NCBI GenBank assembly: GCA_002269645.1
Contig: NIVC01003000.1
Span: 62,437-126,436, forward strand
Source of the DNA: Macrostomum lignano
Taxonomy: Eukaryota
Length of the DNA stretch: 64,000 nucleotides
Direction of reading: 5' to 3'
Part shown: positions 34,672 through 45,720 of the stretch, in pieces
How positions within the stretch are numbered: position 1 is the first letter of the stretch
Layout of the letters: every line of letters starts with the position of its first letter
Translations under genes and position numbers: made by a program
Notes under the pieces: generated by a model
The model's input: the letters and a program-made list of their open reading frames with translations, nothing else
What the model was told of the DNA's origin: nothing
Databases searched by the model: none

Positions 34672-37600
34672 ATGACTAAGCTCCACGCTGCCAAAGGAGC
34701 GACATTCTGTCTGCAAATAAATTTACAGCATTGCGTATCTGCGTCAGTAAATCTGATGAAGATTGCTGAGCTGTACAGGCCAGGCCTCATCCTGATCCAG
34801 GAACCCTGGATGCGCAACGGTAAGTTGCCCAACATTCCCTCTGGCTACTCTGATTTTTATGTGTGTGGCCCGGGGAACAGCCGCCCTAGAGCGGCTATCC
34901 TCGCTGCTAGCCATCTCCAGGCTTGGCTGAGGACTGATCTCTCTGATGGAGACCTTTGCGTCATCCAATCTAATCATTTCTCTCCGCGTACGTGTCTTGT
35001 TGCCTCGGTTTATATCCCAGGCGACAGAGACCCTGCTCCGAGAGTTTACTGCGCCTTGCGCAGTACTGCGAGTCCCAGAACGCTGAGCTGTGCTTAGGGG
35101 GCGACCTCAACGCGCACCACAAGCACTGGGGCAGCAAAGATACCAACACTAGAGGAGAGGAGCTTCTGGCCCTCATCTCTAACACAAACCTCATGCTCTG
35201 CAACCGCGGCAGCACTCCTACCTTTAATAATGGCAGATGGACCGAGGTCCTCGACGCCACACTCGTTACCCCAAGACTCTTTGACAGAGTCAAGGAGTGG
35301 AGAGTCTGGTCTGAGGAGCCCTCCCTGTCTGACCACTGCTTTATCGCCTTTAATATCGCGGACACTAAAACCCAGTCTCCGATCACTTGGAGACGCAATA
35401 TCCGCAACACTGATTGGGCGGCCTACAAGGCTGCCCTTGATCTGCACCTGCAGGAACTCACGGACTTACGTCCGATTGAGACCTGCGAGGATGTGGATCA
35501 TATGGCTGAGACGCTGACAGGTTGCATTATTGCAGCCTACGAAGCGGCTTGTCCTGCTCGCGCCTACAGAGGCAAGACCTCGGCGCCGTGGTGGAACCCG
35601 GAGCTGGGGAAACTCAGGCGGAAGGCCAAAAGCCTTCATCGCCGTGCCATGAAGACCGGAAACCCGGAGGACATGGAGCTTTTCCGGCAAGCCTCCCGCA
35701 ATTTCAAATCTGAAGTGCGCAAGGCCAAGGAATGTAAGTGGCGCCAATTCTGCAATGAATTGGATCAAGACAGACCTACTTCTAGGCTTGTCAAGGCCCT
35801 TACAATGGACAAAATGTCCAAATTAGCCATGATCAAAAAAGATGATGGCTCTCTTACTAAAGACCCTGAAGAAGTGCTTCAGCATATGCTTAGCACATTC
35901 TTCCCGAGGGTACCTACTGCTAGACCGGAGCCCAACCATTCGATGGATGGAGCCACCCTAGCGGCGGGCATTGTCACTGAAGACCTAATCGCTCGTGCGG
36001 TCAGAACCTTCAAACCCTTCAAATCTCCTGGACCTGATGGTATCTACCCTGTTCTCCTTCGTGAAGCAGCCAAGATACCCTCGTTCCTGAGACTCACCCG
36101 CAATCTTATGCGGGCCTCTATCCAGCTGGGATACGTTCCCAAAAGCTGGACTGAAGCTCGAGTAGTCTTTATTCCCAAACCTGGGAAGGGTGACTACCAA
36201 AGCGTCAAGGCCTTCCGGCCAATTAGCTTAACGTCAGCAATGCTTAAGCTCACTGAGAGGCTTATTCTCTGGCGGCTGCTCTCCTGCGAGCTGACAGCGA
36301 TGCCCCTCAGCAATAATCAGCACGCCTTCCGTACCGGGAGGTCGACTGACAGCGCCCTGCATGCGATTGTCGAAAAGATTGAACGGGCGGTACTGGGTGA
36401 CGGTTACGCCCTGGCTCTCTTTCTTGACATTGTTGGCGCCTTCGACAACGTTATCTTTGAAGCGTTTCAGAGGGCCCTTCAAAATCGCAAAGCTCATGCT
36501 ACCCTCATACGGTGGATCATGTACATGATCTCCAACCGTACGGTCACTGCCCAACTTCTTGGGCAAACTGCCTCCACCAGAGTCTGTAAGGGTGGACCCC
36601 AAGGCGGAGTCCTCACCCCGACGCTCTGGAACCTGGTCATGGACGCTCTTCTGAGTGACTCCCGACCTGACCCCGTCTTCAAAGTCGGGTATGCTGATGA
36701 CGTCACGGCCATTGTGGCAGGACCGTCTCCCAGCACGCTCAGGGATCTGATGCAGAGCTTTATCCGCAAAGCAGAATCCTGGGCCAATGACAATGGTTTG
36801 GAACTCTCTGAGCCCAAAACCGTTGCCATTATGTTTACCAGCAGACTACGCTGGAACATACGTCCTCTGCAGCTCTACGGCAGAGATATTGCCTTCGCGC
36901 ACCAGACCAGATGTCTCGGGGTCACACTTGACCACCGGCTCAACTGGTCCTTCCACGTGAAAGCAAAAGCTAAGCGTGCCTCAGCCATCCTGGCCCAGCT
37001 CCGACGAGCACTTGGCACTTCTTGGGGTCTATCCCCAAAGCGGCTTTGGTGGATCTATACTTCCGTAGTTAGACCTGCCATTACGTACGCCTCTGTTGTC
37101 TGGGTTAGCGCTACCCAGGTCAAAAGCCATGCAGACCTGCTCAACACGATCCAAGGCAGAGCGTGTAGGCTCATCTGCAACGCCACCAGGTCCACGCCCT
37201 TTGCTGGCATGGGGGCCTTTCTTAATCTTCCGCCTCTTGACCTCTTCATCAGGGGTGAGGCGGCTAGAACGACGCGGCGTCTAATTGATGCCGGCGTCAA
37301 ATTCATTTACATGAGAGCACCTGCTAAGCGGAACCTTGTCCCGCATAGCGATCTGTGCCTCAACTTTCTCAACGAGTGTCAGGCCAATCGCGTCTTCACC
37401 GATGGCATTGCCTCAACGCTCAACCTGAGACAGCGCTACTCCGTAGCTATCGACTCGCGCGATAACATCAATGACCATTGGAACCCTGGTGAGCTTCATT
37501 GCTACACCGACGGTTCTAAGCAGTCAGCCAACACCGGCTTTGGTGTTGGAATCTTTCTGAACGGGAGGGTCATCGCTACCCACGCTCAATACACTGGGGT

Positions 37601-38411
37601 CAACTCCAGTGTTTTCCAAAATGAAGTTCTGGCCATCAGCTCCTGCACTGCAGAGCTTCTCGCCACTGGCGTTACTGGTAAGAACATCATTTTCCATTCG
37701 GACAGCCAAGCTGCCTTGCACGCCATCAGTGGCTGCAGCACCAACTCTGCTACAGTCCTTGACTGTATCAAACTCCTCAATGTGTTGGGTTCCGCCAACA
37801 AAATTACCCTTAAGTGGGTTCCGGGGCATGTGGGGATCCGAGGAAATGAGTTGGCTGACACCCTTGCAAAAGTTGGTGCCTCCGGCTCCTCTCTCGGCCC
37901 CGAACCTCTTGTCCCGATTCCTGGCTGTGTCATCGACTCGCGCATCAAAGCGTGGATCAGGACTCAGCACCGCTCGACTTGGGCGAACCGCACGAACTGC
38001 AGGCAATCCAGAGGCGCTGTCCCTCAGCCCTCTCACCAGCTCCGGAAGCTCCTCTTGCGCCTCTCGCGCAGAGACATCCGGGCTGCCACCATGACCCTCT
38101 CTGGTCACGGCTGCTTCTCCAGGCACCAGTACCTGCAGGGCAACGCCACCAACGCCACCTGTAGTTTCTGCAACTCAGGTGACGAAACCGCTGAGCATTT
38201 CGTCAGCATCTGTCCCGCCTTCACGCGGGCCAGACTCACTTACCTCGGGCCACACACATCTATTACTGAAGCGTGCAAACCCGAAAACTTTAATCAGCTC
38301 ATGCGCTACCTTCGGGCCACCCGCAGGGCTGAACTCTCCTTTCCAGAGAGCACCATAGCTGCTGGCGACACTGGGGGACCTCCCTGGGCGGCGCCAACCC
38401 TCCGTCCATAG
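34672..38411 (+). CDS. LINE B ORF2: APE endonuclease + RT + RNase H + C-terminal CCHC; one 1-bp deletion at ~35040
   Basis: QINLQH, LIQEPW, GGDLNAHH..WG, TFNNG, SDHC, KSPGPDG, RPISL, LDIVGAFD, PQGGVL, YADD, YTDGS, FQNE, SDSQAA, WVPGH.GI.GNE.AD and CSFC...ETAEHFVSIC. Confidence 0.95.
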
Positions 38412-38519
38412 CGACGCGTCGGCCGTTCAGGGACTAGCGGAATGGGCGCCCGCGCCTTCCCGCTGTGTCCCCTCCGGGACAGCCCTGCAGCTAAGTCTAA
38501 GTCAAAGTCAAGTGCCTTT

Positions 38520-39402
38520 ACATGGGTTCCAATAAAAAGGCCGAAATGAACGAGTACTGGAGCACAGACAGTTACTACAGTACGCCGTACTTTCAAGCAC
38601 CTCAAGCTCTTTCTAGGGACCGCTTTAAGCAGCTACTTGGTCTGCTCCGTTTCTACGATTGCGCTGAGGATCCGATTGTCAACGATCCTCTCTTTAAGAT
38701 CCGTCCGTTGCTGCAGGCTTTGAAAGAGGCTTGTATTAATGTGTACAGGCCCGAGGAGGATGTGAGCGTGGACCTAACGACGTCGCCTTCATGCGCAAAG
38801 ACGGGGTGCTGGCTGTCAAGATCGTTGAACGAAAGGAGAGTGGCCTGAAGACTCTGTATTTGCTGGACACGAAAGAGGCGGCTGAGAGGGTTCAAACCAG
38901 ACGCGTGGTTCGTGGAGGAGCAGAAACAGTGGTGCAGAAGAGCAGGTCAGTTCTCACCTACAATCGGTGCATGGGTGGTGTTGACAGAATGGACAGTCAT
39001 CTACAGCATCATCTGCCAGGGAGAAAAACTACAAAGTGGTTTTTGAAGCTCGGCTTGCATCTTTTTCTTCAAATGATTCGCAACGCTTGGATTGTGTACA
39101 GCCGGTGCGGTGGAGAGAAGACGTTCGCCAAGTTTCTTGAGGCCAGCATTCGGGAGCTGGTGGAGCGTACCGGAACGAGCAGGAAGCGCCCGGCCGCTGG
39201 CATCCAGGCCGCTCCAGGTGGCCCAGTCAGTCCGCACTTTCCAACGAAGATTGTGGCGCGGGACAGTCAGCCAAGACCAACAAAGCGCTGTCGTGTCTGC
39301 TACAGAGCTGGAAGCAGCAAGCGCACGATCTACTGCTGCCCTGAGTGTCCAGGGGAACCGGGGCTCTGCTTGGAAGCCTGCTTTCAGCAGTGGCATGCCT
39401 GA
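38520..39402 (+). pseudogene. piggyBac transposase C-terminal part with an internal deletion of the catalytic core
   Basis: EYWS...LSRDRFKQLL...DPLFKIRPLL...VSVD jumps out of frame (~38775) to VAFMRKD...YNRCMGGVDRMD...KWFLKL...CRVC...CPEC..LC...CF..WH. The region normally holding the second catalytic D is absent. Confidence 0.88.
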
Positions 39403-39823
39403 TCTTCGACTGCGATTTGGACTAAGTCTGCCTTAATGAATCTATTTGAAGGCAACTGTTCACTCTAACTTAGTCAAAATATAATGCAAGTCAGTATAAT
39501 TTAATGTAGTTTGTAAGTTTACTGAGTTATTATGTTTATTTAAAGTTTAAAGTTGTCTAACACATATCACAATGTTCTTTTTTGCGTTTTGGAGTACTTT
39601 TGCATCTAAATGTACGATCTGTACGATCTGCTTACTTTTGTTTTACTTTGTTAAAATATTTTTCGTATGATTTTTTCTTCAGTCGAGTTGTTTCCAGACC
39701 GTGAATAATCTGTAGCAGATTTCAACCAACTGCGGTATAAAAGGCAAATTTTTTATTTGGAAGGATAAAAGTAAAGCTAGTTCCTTTTTGAATAAATATT
39801 TGTCCATGACCCCTAATGGCTGA

Positions 39824-39825
<2 letters not shown>

Positions 39826-39866
<41 letters not shown>

Positions 39867-39867
39867 G
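39826..39867 (+). repeat. (AGAC)n microsatellite
   Basis: About 10 tandem AGAC units. Confidence 0.95.
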
Positions 39868-40052
39868 TTTTGAAGAGCTGCTCAATCTGATTTTCCTAAC
39901 TTCAATTCCATGGCAAGCTCTGCTTACCATAGCCGACCGGAACGGCCTGTGGCCAGCCATAGACTTATAGAGACTTTCCTCACTCGCGAAAGTTTAGGCT
40001 TGGATTGGAGTGTCAGCGTGGTAAGCACTGCTTACCATCAGACTGCTGGCGG

Positions 40053-40200
40053 TTAATAACTGAGAGCTTTGACATTTTGTCGAGGGTGAGAGCCTTAACT
40101 ACGCGTGAAGTAGGGCGGGTGCCTTCTAACTCCGCGCAGTATTGGCGCCATTTGTCGGACTTGGCTTTCCTGGTTTCACGCTTAAAGTGTGAAAGATGGA
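40053..40200 (-). mobile_element. LINE A 5'-most fragment (5'-truncated copy)
   Basis: HFKRETRKAKSDKWRQYCAELEGTRPTSRVVKALTLDKMSKLSVI is homologous to LINE B NFKSEVRKAKECKWRQFC... and joins the RT segment across TTAA. Confidence 0.88.
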
Positions 40201-41301
40201 CACGGAGCACCCAGAGGTTGAAACTCGGTATCGCTCTGCTTAGCATTCGTGTACCAGTCAGTCAAAGTCGTAACCTCGGTGTCGTCCGAGTTGCGCCGAA
40301 CTTCCGAGCAAGTACAAGCAAGTACAACAGCGCCGGCGTACTCCTGTACTTTTGCTCGTCGTATCGACAAAATGTCGCCGACACTCCAATTGACAGCTTG
40401 ATCGGAGGACGACCCCCAAAACGTGCAGGAGACAGAACGACAGGACTGGTCAACAATAATCACTTTGGCTACGTTTATCCGCTTCCCAGCCTTCGTCATG
40501 ACTTCCTCGGGCGGCTGCAGTGTGTCGATTGCTCCAAGGACATCGACATTTCTAATATACGGCAATGAAGAGGGGACAGTTTTAAAAGTCTTTTAAAACC
40601 TCAAAACTCTTTTTGAAGTTCATTTGAATCCTTTTGAATAGACGAATGAATATAATGGACTACTAGTCTAGCCAACAGCAAGGGATGAAGGCATAGAATG
40701 GATTGTTATTATTTTACAAAATAATTTATAAAAGCCGAACATACACTACAGTGCTACATAATTGCCTATACAATTCACATTTTCTATACTAATATGTCTA
40801 TTGTACATATAATAATATTGTATACTGTCTGTCCATACAATACATACAAGTAGATAGATACAATCCAACTCACTCTTGCAGGCGTACGTTTTGAAGGTCG
40901 CTTATTCCCGTATAGTTACACGCCCGTTCACTAACAGTCGGAACTTCATTGCTTCGATATATTGATCCCTTGGAGTCAACTGAAAGAGGCACCTCCATAG
41001 GATTATTCGTGCTGTTGTATCTCGGATCCGAAGTCTTTACCATACCGCCGGCTATGCGAACAGCATCGGAAGTATTGCAAACTTCCCAAATAGACCGCAG
41101 GTCCTTGCCGAAAACGCTGACTCTCATCTCAGCCGAGTCGTCCACCAAGACGAATGAAAAAACTTCGCCTCGAACATCGTTCTTCATGTAGGACCTGATC
41201 TCCATCAACTCGGTTACAAGGCCAGTAACCGCTGTATTCATGTAGCCCAGTTTCAGGCCAGAGATTTTAGCCTTAATCTTCTTGGTGATTGTAGACGCCA
41301 T
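40200..41301 (-). CDS. RPA70-like ssDNA-binding protein (two OB folds), two exons, 3'-truncated by LINE A; likely Helitron cargo
   Basis: Exon 1 (41301-40874) has GEVFSFVLVDDSAEMRVSVF, like RPA1 DBD-A. GT-AG intron 40873-40552. Exon 2 reads E|NVDVLGAI...IVDQSCRSVSCTFWG...ILSIRRAKVQEY, like DBD-B. The splice is in frame. Confidence 0.8.
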
Positions 41302-41439
41302 TGTTGCTAAGTTGTTCAGTTTAACAGCTTTAACAAAGTAGAAACAAAACTTAGAAAATAGAAAGAGCTTCTATAAATGTTGCAGTGCAAAATACTTCAG
41401 TAGAAATAGCAGGTTAAAATCACAATTTGCAATACATTT

Positions 41440-42200
41440 TGATTTAAATAGTCAAGCCCACACCCCAATCACCAGCAGTCAACCCCACACGACTAAACAG
41501 CCAATCAGAATACAGATACCCCTCCCTCCCTGTGCAATCTCTTCGTTTCCAGACTAAATCGGCTGGGGTGGGTGGGGTCTAGATCTGACAATGGCGTGAT
41601 CTCACGAGGCTGATTGAACTGCCAGGGCCAACCCCTTCTCTGTGGGGGTTATCTGTGATTATCGTTTTTCACACTCAAACGATGTGTCATTTAGTTAGTC
41701 AATTTAGTCAGAATTATTTGTGTTTACTTTATTTTCCCTCCCTCTATCCAGTTCAGTCTTATTATTCTTCTCTCTCTATGTACCCGCCGTCTGATTGGCT
41801 CTATAATCTCGCCTATCTTCTCAGTCGCACACTCTACACTCTACCACCCCTCCTAATTCTTACTCGCAATCAACCCCAACCCCGGAGTTTACAACTAAGT
41901 CTTTGGCATGACTAAGAGAGTCGCGACAATGAAAAACTGCCGAGTATTGCTACTTACCAGCTCAAGCTGGTTTTGACCCAACCTCCCCTGGCCCAGCTTG
42001 GCTTAATCCACCCACCCAACACAGTGCTCTCGCCCCTTCTCCCTGCCAGCGTGAGCTTTACCCCTCACCCTGCAATCCCCCGCATGGCTTAGCCCCAACC
42101 AATCCAGCCACTGCTGTCACTCTCTTGAGCTTAGCTCCACTTGTCTGCCCCACCCCTGCGTGGCCAACCCACCAACCCACCCCAAAACGTTTTGCTATAA
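41440..42200. promoter_or_regulatory. Putative divergent promoter region between the RPA-like and Zn-knuckle genes
   Basis: TATTTAAA on the minus strand (~41443-41450) with nearby CCAAT boxes, and CTATAAATA on the plus strand (~42195). Motif-level evidence only. Confidence 0.35.
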
Positions 42201-42277
42201 ATATATTCTCACTTTTTGCCCATTTTTTCTTCGCTACTGAATTTCCTACTATTGCTACTACTATTCTGAAAGTTGAA

Positions 42278-42900
42278 ATGAAAGTTACCATCATCGAAGG
42301 CGGCCGGCCTCGACGCCGCCAGAACCAACCCCGTAGAAGTAAGTATCGTACATATTGTTACTACTTTTTCATTTCACCTCTCTAGAAGTGTAGTGTAGAG
42401 TTTTATAAATACTGAACACTTACACAAACTTTCTTCTTTCTTGTTAACTCTTAGAAGCAAAAAATCCGTAGAGTTCTAAATACACAACGCGTACACACAT
42501 TTGCTTCCTCTCTTTCTTCACTCTTTGAAGCAAACAAACCAATCGTACGAATCAATCTTAGTCGAACTATATATTGAATTTAATTCTGGGCTTAAGTATA
42601 AATCAATCACGATTGTGTTAAATTAAAAAACTGACAATTTCACCATACACGCCTTCTTTCACAGAAATCGAATGCTACTTCCGCGGGGAAAATCACAGAG
42701 TGTCTCGCTGCGAGGCAGTCAAACAATACTACGCCCAACAGCGGCAGGAGCAGCAGGCACAGCAGCAGCAGGCACAGCAGCAGCAGGCACAGCAGCAGCA
42801 GGCACAGCAACAGCAGCAGCAGCAACAAAACCACCAGCAGGCGCAGCAGCAGGAGAAGCAGCAGCAGCAGCAGCAGCGACAGCAGCAGCACAAGCAATAA
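42278..42900 (+). CDS. Small two-exon gene: basic N-terminus + degenerate CCHC knuckle + poly-Gln tail (~98 aa)
   Basis: Exon 42278-42338 with a GTAAGT donor, then a TTCTTTCACAG acceptor and exon 42665-42900, join in frame: MKVTIIEGGRPRRRQNQPRRKIECYFRGENHRVSRCEAVKQYYAQQRQEQQ... Confidence 0.55.
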
Positions 42901-43404
42901 TAGCATAGCATCCACCACAGTTGCAATCTAAAATAAACATTTGCTGCCAGAAATTGCTGCCTTTTTGAAATTTGCTGAACAGTGTGCTTTCTGAACTTTC
43001 TCTTTTGAATTAGTGTAGAGGCGCAGTCATTGGCGGAAACTATATAGAACAAATTAAATCTTACTACATGTACTTACAGTAAAACACTGCAACCTGGAAC
43101 TACCATATTGATGACGCACACAAACCTGTACATTTAAAGTAATTTAACTAACCAAAATATCAGAATGGCTGACAATAAATATACAGTAAACTTTTCCGCT
43201 TAAACTTCACACAAAGAAATTTTTAAAAATTATACAGTGTCCCAAAAATTAGGTACGTAATAAGAGAGCAGTTCCGATTGATTAATCCTTTTCTCTGCGT
43301 ATTCAGACAAAAAACAAGAAACTCTATTACAAACAATTTTTGTAGGACCTAATTGCATCTTTCGACTTGATTAAAAGAATCACTGCTTCGAAAGTAGTAG
43401 AATC

Positions 43405-43452
43405 ACTACTACTACTACCTACTTACTACTACTACTACTACTACTACTACTA
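43405..43452 (+). repeat. (CTA)n microsatellite, interrupted
   Basis: Seen directly. Confidence 0.9.
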
Positions 43453-43676
43453 TGTCATGTTATGTTTATTACATTATTATGACTCATCAATTTGTTAGGC
43501 AAGTCAGTACCAGTCTCTATTAAAGTGAACAATATGGCTACGAAATCAAGTATTGTGCTATGCTTCCACACTCAACGCTGTTAATTTATTTACTCTGTAT
43601 TTACAATTCCAAAAAGTCATAAAAGAATAAGAATCGAGATGTTTCTGCAGAAGGCCTCGGCAACAAGAATGCATCT

Positions 43677-44110
43677 TAGAATGCACTGTAGAAGAGATTC
43701 TTAGAATGCACTGTAGAAGAGATTCTTAGAATGCATTGTAGAAGGGATTCTTAGAATACAAAGTAGAAGAGATTCTTAGAATAGAAAAGTAGAAGACATT
43801 CTTAGAATAGAAAGTAGAAGAGATTCTTAGAATACAAAGTAGAAGAGATTCTTTGAATGCAAAGTAGAAGACATTCTTAGAATACAAAGTAGAATTCATT
43901 TTAAGAATACAAAGTAGAAGACATTCTTCGAATAGAAAGTAGAAGAGATTCTTAGAATACAAAGTAGAAGAGATTCTTATAATACAAAGTAGAAGATATT
44001 CTTCGAATAGAAAGTAGAAAATATTCTTAGAATACAAAGTAGAAGAGATTCTTAGAATACAAAGTAGAAGAGATTCTTAGAATGCAAAAGTAGAAGAGAT
44101 TCTTAGAATA
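43677..44110 (+). repeat. 25-bp minisatellite (TTAGAATACAAAGTAGAAGAGATTC), ~17 copies, between ~95-bp direct repeats
   Basis: Units seen directly. Flanking direct repeats at 43477-43572 and 44167-44269. Confidence 0.9.
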
Positions 44111-44479
44111 GATTTATATATTCAACATTAACACCAAGTCAATTGAGTTAAAGTCACACGAAGCAGTTATGACATAATCAATTTCTTAGGCAAGTCAGTA
44201 CCAGTCTCTATTAAAGTTAGCAATATGGTTACGCAATATAAATCAAGTGTTGTGCTATGCTTCCACACTGCGTTTTCAATACTGTGACGCAATTCAATTC
44301 AGTGTCAAATTCAGCCAGTACACAGACGATAAATAAAAAGCCTATTGTGATGATGCAATCGATTTCAGAATCAGAATTCAACCAGTCAGTTTTTTCTCTA
44401 GCATTCTTACAATGCATTTCAAGTCGAAAAGTTTGCTTGACCTTTGCAAAAAAGCATGTTTTTCGAATATTTAATCCCT

Positions 44480-44670
44480 TTAGCATTTAGCAATTTCTTA
44501 GCCAAGATACATGTACCGTCCCGGGAAAATTTCTGATCGAATGGTGCAAGTTTGAACAAAATCGGTTGAGCCATTCGGGAGATAATCGATTGCACACAAG
44601 CAAACATACATACAAACAACTCATTTTTAGTATATGGACTAGCCATTTAGCCCCCCGCTGGGGGGCATTA
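44480..44670 (+). mobile_element. Helentron/HINE (DINE-1/Lep1-like) terminus
   Basis: CAAGTTTGAACAAAATCGGTTGAGCCATT..GAGATAATCG..CAAACATACATACAAAC..CATTTTTAGTATAT is followed by a perfect 7-bp stem-loop GCCCCCC-GCT-GGGGGGC (~44650-44666) and ATT. Confidence 0.7.
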
Positions 44671-45139
44671 AAATGACACCAAGTGGTTTTGATTTTGGCC
44701 CAACAGTAAACCATTAATTTCCCTTTCCATTAATCAAAAATTACTTTTTCTCATTCTGAAAAAAAAATTGCCATGAATCAAAACTTTCACCAGCAAAAAA
44801 GTTTCCTTAATCAGCCCAAAACCCGTTTTCAATCAGCAAATAGTGCTTATCCTTTCAAGCACAAACTCTTAGAGCATATCGTCATTGGCCTGGGCATATT
44901 TTGGTCCGCAGCAGGAGCTCAATATGCAAATCCCTGACGGCCTTTGACACCCCTCTTTATTAGCCTAACTCAAAGAATCAAACCTTTAATAAATACGCTG
45001 GTATTTCCTATCAGCAGAATTCAGCATCACTTGTGTGTACTATTTCATTATCTGAATTAAATGAGCTACTTGAGCTGTACTACTTGACGATCTGACAATC
45101 GAACAACAAACCTAACCCCCTCCCCCCAAAAATTCAGCC

Positions 45140-45720
45140 ATCCCCCATGAGCCTTGACATCTCAGCAATTCCCCCAGTAGGCCTTGACATCTCAGAAATT
45201 CCCTCAGTAAGCATCGACATCGCAGCAATTAAACTCGAGCCTTGACATCTACGCAATTCTCTCAGGCCAGTAAGCCTTGAAATCTACGCAATTCTCCCAG
45301 GCCAGTAAGCCTTGACATCTCAGCAATTCCCCGAGTAAGCCTTGAAATCTCAGAAATTCCCACAGTAAGCCTTGAAATCTCAGCAATTCCCCTAGTAAGC
45401 CTTGAAATCTCAGAAATTCCCACAGTAAGCCTTGACATCTCAGCAATTACCCCAGTAAGCCTCGACATCTCAGCAATTACCCCAGTAAGCCTCGACATCT
45501 CAGCAATCCCCCAGTAAGCCTTGACATCTCAGCAATCCCCCAGTAAGCCTTGACATCTCAGCAATTCCTCTAAGAAGCTTTGACATCTCAAGAATTTTCC
45601 CAGTAAGCCTTGACATCTGAGCAATTCCCATGAGCCTTGAAATCTCAGAAATTACCCCAAAAAAGCCATGATATCTCAGCAATTCAACCAATAAGCCTTG
45701 ACATCTCAGCAATTCCTGAG
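45140..45720 (+). repeat. ~30-bp minisatellite (AGTAAGCCTTGACATCTCAGCAATTCCCCC-like)
   Basis: Many tandem units, with a more degenerate continuation at 46250-46430. Confidence 0.9.

Larger units (their letters stand above)
24681..35838 (+). repeat. Second unit of an ~11.16-kb tandem duplication (first unit 13525-24680)
   Basis: Offset is 11156-11157 throughout. Contains EnSpm transposase 3' part, B-box/BEN gene (27733-29446), EnSpm right TIR (30452-30463 + GTC), LINE A RT, piggyBac left end and LINE B 5' part. Differences are about ten substitutions and several 1-bp homopolymer indels. Confidence 0.95.
32609..38511 (+). mobile_element. LINE B: full-length 5903-bp Loa/R1-group (Lian-like) non-LTR retrotransposon
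   Basis: 8-bp TSD GTGCCTTT at 32601-32608 and 38512-38519. ~520-nt 5'UTR, ORF1, ORF2 (APE-RT-RNase H-CCHC) and a short CTAAGT/CAAAGT tail. Removal restores piggyBac GMCL|YMG. Confidence 0.95.
20823..40052 (+). mobile_element. piggyBac element (PGBD4-like), non-autonomous. The left end occurs twice (20823 and 31980) because of the tandem duplication; single right end at 40052
   Basis: TTAA at 20819-20822 (and 31976-31979) and at 40053-40056. Excision restores LINE A in frame (KMSKLSVI|KRPDGRL). Subterminal palindromes ATGGTAAGC-N3-GCTTACCAT lie at both ends. Confidence 0.88.

Noticed and set aside
12665-38164. Numerous overlapping 60-200 aa antisense or alternative-frame ORFs across the GC-rich TE genes
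   Set aside because: Shadow ORFs of real transposase and LINE frames, with no independent motifs.
42640-43052. Poly-Leu, poly-Ala and poly-Cys ORFs in the track
   Set aside because: These are alternative-frame or antisense readings of the CAG-rich poly-Gln exon.
43677-45720. Regularly spaced 25-bp and 30-bp repeats as CRISPR arrays
   Set aside because: The units are head-to-tail with no unique spacers, there are no cas genes, and the context is eukaryotic.
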